DNA of 64,000 nt from Geosiphon pyriformis uo1 (Eukaryota > Fungi > Glomeromycota), in contig JAAOMT010000494.1 of assembly GCA_016748015.1 (NCBI GenBank), positions 1,028,241 to 1,092,240 on the forward strand, read 5' to 3'. The notes under the pieces were generated by a model that was given only the letters and a program-made list of their open reading frames with translations, ran no database searches and was not told the DNA's origin. Made by a program: the position numbers and the translations under genes. Below are positions 1 through 11,547 of this stretch, piece after piece. Numbering within the stretch: the first letter of the stretch is position 1; each line of letters starts with the position of its first letter.

Positions 1-1802
1 GATTTTAGGTTATTTATTTTGGCTGTTAAAACTTTAAAACTGCTTGGATTTAGATTTAAAATATTAGTTACTATTAATAAAAGAAATAAAAACAAATTTT
101 GAGAATTATCTATAACTATATTCGAATTTAAACTCAGATTTAATGTTAATAAAAAAGCTAAAATAAAAGATTAAAAAACAAAAACCAGAGACAACAAGTC
201 TATATTACTTAGTTTATACACAATTCCAGAAATCTAGCCAGCCAGCAATTCTAATAAATATTCCAAAAAAACTAAATAAATTTTAATAGATAAAATATTT
301 TGCAAAAAGAAAGAGCTTTAATATTATATAAAATACCAAAAAAAAGAAATAGAAAAAATTATTAAGAATAAAAGTTAACAAAATTATTTAAGTTCATAAT
401 TTGTTATCAAAGACAACAAAACACAAAATAAATGAAGAGATATACTAAATATATTGTACTTTAAAGCAAAATGCTCATAAAACTTATACTTTTTATATTT
501 AACCAAATTTAATCTAGTTCAAAAAAGTTTTATATTACCAAAAATTAGCTCTGTAAAAAATCAATTCTAAATTATTTTTTGATTCAAAACTAATCACAGC
601 ACAATAAACTTTATTACCAGTTTCAAATAAACAATTGATAATACAAGTTTTTTTATTAGCTTTTTTCAATAAAGCACTTAGATTATAAACTATTGTTTTT
701 ACAGACAAAATAAACAAAAGTGTTCTAAAACAATTCTTAAATATTTAAAAATTTTGATCTTTTATAGTTTTTATCACATATACTGAATTTTTCTCAATTA
801 AGAATGATTACTTAATTGTTAACTGATTTGTCTAAACCAATTCAGCAAATTTCATTACAGCTTTTGTTATAGTTCTATTAATTATAATTAAATTGATACA
901 ATTTAACCAAATTTAAATACTACAGCAGTAATTATTTTTTTGATATATTTATAAAAATTTGTTTGATTATTACAGTTTAATCTAAATAAAATTTTTGTTT
1001 TTTGAGATTATTGTTTACAATAATATTTTTTTTTCTGGCCAATAATGCAGTCTTTTTCATGCTTTTTTCTAATATAAATATAGATCTGATAATTTTTTCA
1101 AATTTTAAAAGGATAGTAATTCCTCTAAAACTATTGATTTTTGAAAATTTTTTTGATAACCTGAATCTTTGCTATTGCCAATTTGTTTTTTACTGCTAAA
1201 AAAATTAATATTTAAGACAAATAATTTTCTAACAGATATTTTTACTTGAGTTTTGGTAATCTTTGAGTTAATCTATTTTTTGTTTAAAAAATAAGAAGAT
1301 AAAAAGATAAAAAAATATTATTATTATCTATATTATATTTGAAAAAACCAATTAAAAAACTAACAACAATATTAATATTAACTTATTTGGCTTTAGAAGT
1401 ATTTATTCTGGAATTAAACTGTTTTTTATTTTTGCTATTTGTTTTATATTCAATATTACTACTAAAAAAAATTATCTCAGACATATTTTTATCTGTATTT
1501 ATTTTAACAACTAACTTATAACATATTTTAATTCACTAAAACTTAAATCTGCTTTATTATTTGAATGTTTAACTTTGCCAAAAAAAGCTTTTTGCTTTTA
1601 AGCCAAGCTTTTACTTGCTAAATCTAATGCCAAAATTCTGACTAATTTTTTTTAATTGTAAGACTATTTATAATAATAGCCAATTTAATAATAAAAAGAT
1701 TTATTACTTGAAAAATTATGGAATACAAAACAAAAAAAACAAAAAAAACTTTTTTTTATAAAACTATGCTCTTTGGAAAATTTGAACATAAAAAGAAAGA
1801 AG
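1..1802 (-). mobile_element. Decayed 5' part (5' UTR + ORF1) of a LINE related to the 25214-32017 element; runs off the window start
   Basis: Reverse complement of 1760-1802 (CTTCTTTCTTTTTATGTTCAAATTTTCCAAAGAGCA) resembles the 5' end at 25214 (CTTCTTTTTTTCTTATGTTCCAAATTCCTGAAATAGCA). 1545-1620 aligns to ORF1 codons for GKVKHSDDKADL. ORF 535-717 (KTCII...CAVISFES) matches ORF1 KTCYI...CAVICFDS. Confidence 0.85.
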
Positions 1803-2224
1803 TTTTTTAATGTATTTTATTATAATATATTTTATAAAAACTAATAATTATGCAAATTAAAAAAATAAAAGAGTTAATATTATTGTATTAGTTTTTTGCT
1901 TTTAATAAATTTAATCTAATTATAAATAAATTTTTATAGCTTTGAAAAGTTTTGTTTATATATTTTTAAAAAAAATTAATAAATAAATTAGTAATTATAT
2001 TAATAATTTAGTTTATAATTAAATTAATAATTATATTAATAATTATGTTAAAAATTAATTTTTAAAATAAAATAATTAATTAATAATATTATTAAATATA
2101 TATAATTAATTATAATTAAGTAAATAAATAAAACTAAAAAATAAAGTTTTAATTTTAATAATATAACACAAATATAATTAAAATATAATAATTAAATTAT
2201 ACAATATTTTAAATTATAAAATAT

Positions 2225-3150
2225 TTAAAAATTAAACAGAAAAACAAAAGATATATTTTTTTACCAAAAAATTAATAATCAATTTTTTTTATGTTCTATA
2301 ATTTTTTTTTTCTTAAAAAAACAATTTTATTTTAAATATAACAATAAAATTATCTTGAATATATTCTTTTTTTAATAGTTTTTTAGTAATTATTTTTATT
2401 TTTTAAATAGTTATTATATTGCTTAAATTTTAATAAATAATTAATAAATAAATTAATAATAAATTTTATATAACTTTTAAAATTTTTAGTCTAAACAATT
2501 CAAAAAAATCAAAAATTACAAAAGTTTTAATATTAATTCTAATATAATTAATAATAACAATTTTAGAATAATTAAAGATTTCAAATTTAAAACTTTTTAT
2601 TATATTATAAAATTATAAAAATTTAATAATGTTTTTTTTAAATCTAAAAAACAATAATCAACAAAATAATAAAATAATAATTATGTTTTTAATCTAAGAT
2701 TCAATTAAATATTTGTAAATTTTTTTGAAAAATTTTTTCTAATTAAAGTTACTAAATATTAGTTTTTAATTAGTAAATACATTTTTTAAGAATAAAAATA
2801 CAAACCAAAAAAAAAAGTTTTTAATTAGTTTTAATTTAATTAACAAAATCTAAATAGTCAGTTTTCTAATTATATAAGATTTAAAAAGCAGAAAATCAAC
2901 TTTAACTTTGATTTAAATACAAGTTTAATATTTAATAACAAAAATAAAATACCAAAGACAAAAATATTTAAAAATCTATTTAAATTAAAACTTTTAAGAA
3001 TTAATTAAAAGTTAAATTTTTATTTAATAATTAAAAATTTTATAAAAACTTAAGTTTATATAATATTTAAAAAATTAATAACTTATTAACAATTTGTAAA
3101 AGTTATTAATAACCAATAAATACTTTAAATAACAAAATAATTTATAGATT
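2225..3150 (+). mobile_element. Highly decayed relic of a Ty3/Gypsy gag and gag-pol junction, related to the 4092-16609 element
   Basis: Three colinear blocks align by eye to the reverse complement of 14040-15030: CAGAAAAACAAAAGATATATTTTTTTACCAAAAAATT (EQKIHFFTKGL), TAGTAAATACATTTTTTAAGAATAAAAATACAAACCAA (vs TAGTAAGTGCACTTTCAAAGAGTAAGAGTGCAAGCCAA) and CCAAAGACAAAAATATTTAAAAATCT (K.KVFKN). Differences are mostly G>A and C>T. Confidence 0.7.
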
Positions 3151-4091
3151 TAATTTTAAATAATAGTTTTTTAATTAATATAATAGTTTAATATTTTTTA
3201 AAAGTAATTAAAAAAATTAGATAAAAATTTTAAATATTATATAATTAATATTTCAAATCTTATATTAACTCAACAATCTTCTTGTTGACAGTCTTGGCAC
3301 AACCAAAAACAAAAACAGCCTCCAAATACTATTTTTTGAACACAAAATTTTTACACAATACAGTATACATAATATTGTCAAAAACATACAAAGAAAATAA
3401 TTGTAAAATATAAGACAATAACAAATTTAAATCTGATACAGAACTTTACTAGACCAGATATAAATCAAATAATTCTTTATAAATATCAAAGTCTATTATG
3501 TACTTAAAAAAATGATTAAAAAACTTAATCTTTTTACATTGTAAACATAACATACTGGAATATTTTTTATCATATAAATATTTTTAAATAACAACTGACA
3601 AACAATAATACAAAGTTTTTATAAAGTATAAGTGCAAACTAATAGTAGATCTATTTATAAAGCCAGATATTATATATAAGTTGAGGTGCCAAACTAATTC
3701 TAATTCACATCCTAATAATATTTTTACAAATAATACTAGAACCAAATTCAATTTCTCAACAAACATAATAAACAGTCCTAAATACATTACAAATAAAATG
3801 TCAAATGTTCCCAAACACTATTATTCTACTAGCTCTAATGTATTTTTTCTTGACAAGAACAGAAAATAACAAATTTAAACATGAAACTAAGTTAACTAGC
3901 ACATTAGTATGCTTATTATCTAAGACATTTAAATGGCTTTTAATTTTGGTCTAAAAAACAGCAAGCATCTTATATTTAATAGAGTTTGTAACACTATGTT
4001 TTTTAAGCCAATAGTGATTACAAAAGTCAGATAAGATCATATCCAATTCTGTAGTATACATATCCAAAACAGTTTAACTATCTAAATACAT

Positions 4092-4792
4092 TATTATAAG
4101 TTGGAGTAACAAGCTAACAGATAGCAAAAGAGAACAAGATTGTAAGGTAATAGAAATAATCAAAGAAATTTCAACTTCAAGAAGCAAATTAAATGAGTAA
4201 AGATTCAATGTGTAAAATTAGTCTTATAAAATATCTCAGTTGCTGTACTTTTTAAAAGATAACTGGGAAATCTGAAGGTAGAAAGATAGTCTATACTGTC
4301 AATAAATAATTACACACTGGTATAATTCTATGTCTTATATTAGCACTCTTAGAATTCAATATCAGATATTAAATATACTCTTTAGTCACATTTTATTTAA
4401 TAATCTTCAAATGCTGCAAATACATGTTTAGGAAAAGGGTAGGTAAATGCTAACAAGTATTTTTTTATTCTAAGATGTTCAGATACTTGAAGATAAAGAA
4501 AAAAAAATTAGTGATAAGAGAAAGATTAAAATAAAGCTGTTATTTTTATTTTATTTATATTTTTATTCTTGTATGCTTTTCTATAGCTAAGAGATTTATT
4601 GCTTATATAGCTATCAAAAGTAATCAATGATCAAGTCAACGACTAAGTCAATAATCAGATCAATGATTAAGTTAACAATCAGGTTATTGATCAGGTTAAT
4701 AATTACTATCTAAAAATAGAGTGGCTAATTATATAATATTAGTAACTAATACATATGATAATTAATAAGAAGTATAGGTTTCAACCATAACA
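4092..4792 (-). repeat. 3' LTR of outer Gypsy element (701 bp)
   Basis: Direct repeat of 15962-16609. Plus-strand ends TATTAT (decayed TGTTAT)...ATAACA. Adjacent PPT GGAGAGGATAA at 4793-4803 on the minus strand. Confidence 0.93.
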
Positions 4793-5413
4793 TTATCCTC
4801 TCCAAAGAGATTAAGCTCTGGCAAAATCAAGCTATTCATGAAATAATCTATTTAAAAAGTTTTGTTTAATTCAAACAAGTTTATTGAAGTCTTTGGTAGA
4901 TAAGGTGTATAATATTTGAGGCAAAATGAGTTTTGTATTCAAGAGACCAAATTTTTGTATTAGAGTTTTGGCTCTTTTAGCAATAGTTAAAACTCTTGGG
5001 ACATCTAATCATATAATGCCCAAAATTTCTGCTTGTATTTCTAAAATTGTTTTTTTCATTAGTTTCATGTCCTCTATGATTTCACTAAGATAATCATAAA
5101 ATTCTAATTGTCTTTCATATGACAAGTTTTTGTCTATGGGTAAGATTTCTTGAAGTGTTTTTCTAATTGTGCTAGAAGGTAGAAGTATATCTGTTGTTAT
5201 ACTTTCCAATAAATATTTATTCATTTTGTTACCAATTTTTTCTCTTCTGATAGTGGTTTTCTTTGGTTTAATAACAATATGTGTTCCACTATTATCAGTT
5301 ATGGTGGTTTGTTTTCCAATGATCAAAATAGCATTTGGATAGTTTTTGATCCAATACTCATAGAGAGTATAGAAAGCATTTTGAATGTTTTGATTCAGAA
5401 AATAATTATTCAT
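4793..5413 (-). pseudogene. Accessory ORF (~206 codons, unknown function) between integrase and PPT of the outer Gypsy element
   Basis: The 134-aa ORF 5009-5413 continues in frame through four stops that each revert by a single C>T: *LDVPRVLTIAKRAKTLIQKFGLLNTKLILPQILYTLSTKDFNKLV*IKQNFLNRLFHE*LDFARA*SLWRG*. It ends inside the PPT. Confidence 0.75.
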
Positions 5414-7750
5414 GTCAATTAAAAATACTTCTGTTTTGAGAATGGTGTATTTATTTATATTTGATTTTTGCTAATTTTTTGGGTCGATATTACCACAACA
5501 GACAACCAATCAGATCATTTATAATATTTCTTGAGTCATATACCATGAACAGAACAATCATTGAAGATTGTTCCAGATTGATTTTGAAGAATATAAAAAC
5601 CATTGTTCAAAACTTTATTGACTATAAAAGGTCCTTTCTATCAGCTAAAGAATTTATTATCATAAAAATTGTCTCTGTTTGAAAGGTATTCCAATACCAA
5701 GTCACTAATACTTAAAAAAAGTATTTTATAGGTTTTCTTTTTCTTAACTTTTTCTTGGAACTGTTTTATTTTTTCAAAAGCAATTATTCATGCTTCTACT
5801 AAGAAGTCAAGAATAGTACCAAGTCTTCTTTGCAAAATGTTTTTGTAATTTCTTATTGTGATCTCTTTAAAGAGTATTGTTTTAATGTCAATTTTTATTG
5901 ATAGGATTGTCATATGTCTATAGAGCAAATAAAAAGGTTTATAACTTGTTATGTCATAATTCGCAGTTCTATAAGCAAACAAGGCTGAAGGTAGTACTTT
6001 GTCTCATAAGTTTGTTTCTTTACTGGTTTTGGCTAAGGTTTCACATAATGTTTTATTGAAACATTCCACTAAGCCATTTGTTTGAGGGTGGTAAGAAGAA
6101 AAAAGTTTATGATATATTCTTATCTTTTTACAAAACTTTTTAACCAATATATTGAGAAAAGCTCTTTCTCTATTAAATAAAAGTTTTTTGGGACAGCCAT
6201 GATTGCAGATAATATCTTCATAAATATAATTGGCTATTGAAACTGCTGTTTGGTCTGAAGTGGCTCTTGCTTTTACCCACTTTATAAGATAGTCAATAGC
6301 TATAATAATATATCTGTTGTTATCAGGAGTTATTATTAAAGATCCAATAACATCTATATCAATTCTGTCAAATAGTTGACCAACAGAGATTGGATAAATA
6401 TCTTATTTGCAATTGGGTTTGCCTCTTCTTTGGCAGATGTTACAGGTTTTGATGTATTCAGCAATGTCTTTTTTTAAGGTAGGCCAATAATAGTAAGGTA
6501 AGATTTTCTGAATTGTTTTTGTTTTTCCAAAGTGTTCAGCTAATAAGTCAGTGTGTATGTTGTATATTACAATTTCTCTTTCTTTGAATCTGATGACTCT
6601 TTGGGGCAGTCAGAATCTTTTCTATTTCTTTTATATAATTGGTTTTGGTGGATCAAATAGAAATTTGATTGTTTGCACAAATGTTCTCTTTGTTGTCGAG
6701 TGTATTCTGGTGGGTATTGTCTTTTACCCAAAAATTCTATTAAGACAGAGTAGTTGTCTAAGTCTATTATCATGTTTGTTTGTAAAAAAGTTACTAATAA
6801 TCAAGTTGGTTTGGTTTGAGAGATTGTACTATCACTGGATGGTAAGTTTAGAGAGAGTGTTGGCATTTTAATGATTTGCTCCTTTATGGTATTGAATATC
6901 ATAGTCAAATTTATCCAAATAAAATATTCAACGAGTTATTTGTTTGTGTTTTAGCTTTTTTTTATTGTACAGCCAAACCAAGACTTAATAATCTATTACT
7001 ACTAGGAATTTTGCACCAAGAAGATATTGCTTCCAGTAACTAGTAGCCTAAACTACTGCTAAGCATTTTTGTTCAGTTATTGAATAGTTTTTTTCTGCTG
7101 GTGTCAGAGATCTATTGGCATATGTTATAGCATATTCTCTGCCATCTTTATCTTTTTGTAAAAAAACAATACCAAGTTTATAGCCTGATACATCAGTGTG
7201 AAAAATAAAAGATTGGTCCAAATCAAGTTGCTTGAAAATTGGTTTAGTAACAAGTTTTTTCTTCAAAATTTCAAAAGCTTCTTGTTAATAAGTGCCCAGT
7301 AATAATTGCCATTTTTCCTAAGTAGCTAATTGAGAGGAAAAGTAATTTTGGAGAAATCCTTAATAAATTTGCAATAATAAGAAGCCAAACCAAAAAAAGA
7401 GCATAGTTCAAGAACATTTATTGGTTGTCTAATGTTTTGAATTTTTTCAACTTTAGCTGAGTCAGGAAAGATTTTATTTTTTGTAATAAGATAACCAAAG
7501 AATTGGGTGGATTGGCATTCAAAGAAAGATTTGATTGGATTGATCTTAAGATCAGCATTTCTAAGCAAGTCAAAAATCTTCTGCAAATGTTCAAGGTGTT
7601 TATCTTAGGTTTTTGAGTAAACCATTATGTCATCTAAATAGACCAGAACAAAGTTTTTTTTTACTGATTCAAATACTTTGTTCATTAGGCATTGAAAGGT
7701 GAGAGAGGCATTGATGAGACCAAAAAACATGACTGTGAATTTATAGGTGC

Positions 7751-8834
7751 TGTTATGAGTAAACTTGGTGAGTATGGGAAATGGTAATGTTTGGTGCTCT
7801 CAATTATTGATGATGTGTCTTTTGCATAATTCTGTTGACTTAGTTTTGATTATTAGTCTCTGAAGGTCTATTCCTGAATGTGGATTTTACCCGTTGAATT
7901 CTTTGGTTATAAGGCACAGAGTTTGTCTTTTATCAATTGCAACATTTTTTGTAAATGTGAGCTTTCTTCTTCAAGCTAACGAGTGCAGTTGTTAGGGTCT
8001 GGCGTTGTCTTTTTGCCCTTCTGGTAAGCTAACAAGATAATGTTAATATCCAAAACTTAGGGGGAGCTTCCCTTTTTTACCAGGCTATCACAAAGTCTAT
8101 TTCCAGACAGTCAATTTTATTATGTTGCTACTCCACAAAAATAAAACAGAAAAAGAAAGAAAAAGAAAAAGAAAAGAAAAGAAAAAAGAGAAAAGATAAA
8201 TTAGTATCATCAATTGCCATGATTAAGAGTGATTGGTCCAAATCATTAATAGGTTTGAGATGGTTATGCTAAGAGCATCTGTCCTAGAACGGAGGTATGA
8301 GACAAGGATTAATTCACATAAATTCCACAAAGTTTGAGAACATAAATTCATGATTCTGATTTCTTTAATAATTGGTTTATTTTAGGAGATGAAATAGGGA
8401 AGATAATAAAGGATGAAGGGGTATGAATAATTTTAATTCTTGTCTAAAGGTTCATATCTATCTGTCTGTTTTTTCTCACTTCTACAACTACTTGCTTTTA
8501 TATATTCTTTTAGTTTTACAGGATTGCTTTCAATTGTTTCGCTATTGCTAGCTATTGCTTTGTTGTTTCTGTTATTGTTTCATTTTTCTACATTATCACT
8601 AATTATCTTATGTTATAACACGTTATCTGACATTATTATATGTTATTTTGTGTTATCCTGCATTATAATACGTTATCCTATATTATTGCATGCTATTCTG
8701 TGTTATCCTGTATTATAATATGTTATCTTATGTTATAATGTGTTATCCAACATTATTGCGCATTATTCTGTGTTATGTCATGTTTTGGTCACATTTCTTC
8801 ATAACTTTGGATCGGTTTTTCTACTCGGGTAACA
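7751..8834 (-). repeat. 3' LTR of inner element (1084 bp)
   Basis: Direct repeat of 11548-12637; contains a (GAAAA)n tract at ~8148-8195 and a 10-bp array at 8611-8780. Confidence 0.95.
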
Positions 8835-8848
8835 TTATCCCTCTCTTT

Positions 8849-9330
8849 TTAAAATTGAGCTTCTGCGAAACCATATGTATCTATTATCATGGCTTTGTTC
8901 GTGTAATGTTCGATTGTTGCCTTAAGTATTGTTTTTTGTAGGTCTTTGAACTGTTGATTGGTTATTTGTTCTATGTTATTAACTGTTATGGTTTTTATAG
9001 ATCCATTCAGTAGTATGTTTGGGCAATATTGGAAGGCGGCGTATAGTTGGTATGTTGCTTTGTAATGTAGGATCAAATTGTTTTTCCCTATGAATTTTTC
9101 TACTTGTTGTATTGCTTCTTTGTTGAATGTTTTCTGGCTGAGGTCTTTGTATAGTGTTTTCAAGTCAAGCTGTTCTCCAATTTTGTAGAACCAATAAGCT
9201 GGAGGAAGTCTTTCTTTCTATTCCTGGGCATTGTCAGGTGTCCACTCCTCTGTTTCGGAGAGTTCAGTCTCATGAGCTAAAGCTTTTTTTATTTCTTCAA
9301 GCTCGGGGATCAAGTATCTTCTTTTGTAAC
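8849..9330 (-). pseudogene. Accessory ORF of inner element (unknown function), ending at the PPT
   Basis: The 104-aa ORF 8849-9163 extends upstream in frame through one stop (PELEEIKKALAHETE...QE*KERLPPAYWFYKIGEQLDLKTLYK) and ends TYGFAEAQF*. Start position uncertain. Confidence 0.7.
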
Positions 9331-9494
9331 TTTTTTTTCATTCTTTGCCTCCTTCTTTTCCACCTCCCATCTGAAGGCAATTTTTCTTTCAACATTGCCT
9401 TTTGAGTGATGGATAGGGGAGAGAACATTTAGTTCTAATTGAACTCTTGTCCTCCCCTCTCTTGCTCTTATCTTTGTACCGTATCTCTTTTTTA

Positions 9495-11485
9495 TTAATT
9501 GTTATTTCTATTTGAGATGTTGATTTTTGAATTGTTTCAAATAATTGTTTAGATAATTTTAAAATTTAATCTGAAAGATCTATGTTGAAATTTTTATCGT
9601 TTCTTGCTGCTTTTCGGATGCTATATATATTTGAATTCCCCAATTTAATTTGCTGCCCATTGTCTACGTTTCGATAACAATAATTGGTTCCAGATCTCGT
9701 GGTATATCTTCTGGTCTGATAGTGAGGGATTACTTGTGTTATTGGTGGTAGTTGATAATAATTCTGGGGTGGTGGTTGAGTATACGGGACTTGTTGTGCA
9801 TATAGAGGCAGTTGATTCTGAGGTATGGAATATTGGGGTACTATGTTTTGCTAATATTTGGGTTGCTGGTATAGGTTTCCTTGATTTTGGTTCATGATCT
9901 TCCTTCTGCAGTTACGGGTGATGTGTCCAGGTTTCTGGCAGTAGTAACAGTTGCAGGGATCAAATCTCCAAGATTGTTGCTATTGCTAACAGTTCTGTTG
10001 CTGTGGGTATCTGCTGTTGTTGTTATTTTCTTTCCATTGGGGTGGTTGGTAAGTTCCTGTAGTTCCGGCTAAGAATTCCTCAATTTTCTGAGTTAGTTTC
10101 TCACTCAATTGGGTTATTTTTGCGTTGATATCAGAGGTTTTATTAATGGCTAAATTAACGGCTTGAGTATGGCTCGCTTCTTGTTCTGCAAACTCAAAAT
10201 TGCAAGTGAGAGTGATGGTGTCTTATAAACTGGTTGGATGGCAGGGTCTTATGAATCTTAAAATACTACTCTGTAATCCTTTAATGAATTGATTAAGAAC
10301 TTGCACCGCAGTGTAGTAGTCCCTTTTGATAGCTAATATTTGATGCAGGATTTGATTAAATTGTCCGAAATAAGTAGTTACTACTTCATGATCTTTTTGT
10401 TTAATTATACTGAATTGATTCTGCAATTGGATTAATGTATTGGGGTCACAGAAGTATTGCAGAAATGTGAGTTTAAACTCGGTAAAAGAGATAGGCTTTT
10501 CTGCCAGGCTCTGGTACCACGAATTGGCGGTTCCAGTCAGAAAGAACAGTAGTGTCTAAATTGTGTGATCATCATTCTAATCTTTAACAGTAATTGCTTT
10601 CTCAGTGTCCGCAATCCAAGAATATGCATTATTTTTTTCACCAGAGAATTTTTCCAATTTAGCAATATCTCAGTAAGCCATAATTCAGTTAATGGGTGGG
10701 ATGTTACTGGTTATGTTTAAAGGGATTGGTGTCCGCATATTTGAGTGTTCTCTGGGTGCTAATGCTGGTTGCTTTTCTTTGTTGCTTGAACCAATAGATT
10801 GTAAGATAGCTGTTTTTTCTATTAGAGGAGATGCTGATTCTGCTAGATTTTGTGCTGGTGGCTGTTCCCAAGTTGACGGATTTCTTTCTGTTTGACCGGC
10901 TGCTGGGGTAAGATTTCCAAACAGCAATCCGTATTCTCCTAGTGATTTGGTCCAATTGTGTTGATTCCAAGGATGTGAATTTTCAGGAGTTTGTAGTGTT
11001 TCCAACTGGGTTTCCTGGAGTAGGTTGAATACAATTCTACTTTGGGATGTCTGATAGTATGATGGAGTTGTTGGGAAGAGGATTCTTGGTTTTTTATTGA
11101 CCATGGACTTGGCTTGGGCAGTTATGGGGTTGTTGGATTTGTTTTCATATTCCTCAGAGTCGGATTCTACTGGTTGTTGTACTTGAGGGAATTATTGTGC
11201 CACGTAATATTTAATGTCTGTATCAATTATGTGCAGAGTTTCAGCAATTGCTTGGGTAGTCATGGCTGTTAAATACCCTAGTAAGCTTTGATGGATTTGT
11301 TCTCCAAGTTTTCCTGTATCAGTTGTGCAGTCTAATAAGCAGTCAATTTTTGCATTGATATAGTTACAAAAATTACTTTTTGTATAAGCAGTTTCTGCTG
11401 ATATTCCTAGGTCTTTTTGAAAGTATTGAAATAGTGCTTTTCCATACAAAAAGTGGTCCTTTCCTATTGTTCTAATAGTCACCAC
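9495..11485 (-). pseudogene. gag: gag-like ORF of inner element (capsid-like region + CCHC zinc knuckle + Gln/Pro-rich tail), interrupted by in-frame stops
   Basis: ORF fragments starting at 11485, 11104 and 10426 share one frame. Gag-like motifs FKLTFLQYF, QKDHEVVTTYFGQF and NQFIKGL. Intact knuckle CYYCQKPGHITRNC at ~9906-9948. End coordinate approximate. Confidence 0.85.
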
Positions 11486-11526
11486 TTTTATGTATTTTTG
11501 GGAGTGCTCTGTCTCTGTGGATTTAT

Positions 11527-11545
11527 AACCTCACAAGAAGCACCA
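11527..11545 (-). promoter_or_regulatory. Primer-binding site of inner element
   Basis: TGGTGCTTCTTGTGAGGTT, 2 nt after the 5' LTR; starts with TGG, complementary to tRNA CCA. Confidence 0.85.
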
Positions 11546-11547
11546 AA

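Noticed and set aside
4793-5413. env gene or chromodomain
   Set aside because: No signal peptide, TM anchor or chromodomain aromatic pattern visible; kept as an unknown accessory ORF.
8611-8780. CRISPR-like array
   Set aside because: Contiguous 10-bp units with no unique spacers, inside an LTR, no cas genes, eukaryotic context.
8440-8941. Duplicated hydrophobic ORFs (also 12243-12714) as membrane-protein genes
   Set aside because: They are antisense translations of T-rich LTR sequence and the decamer array; the duplication is just the LTR pair.
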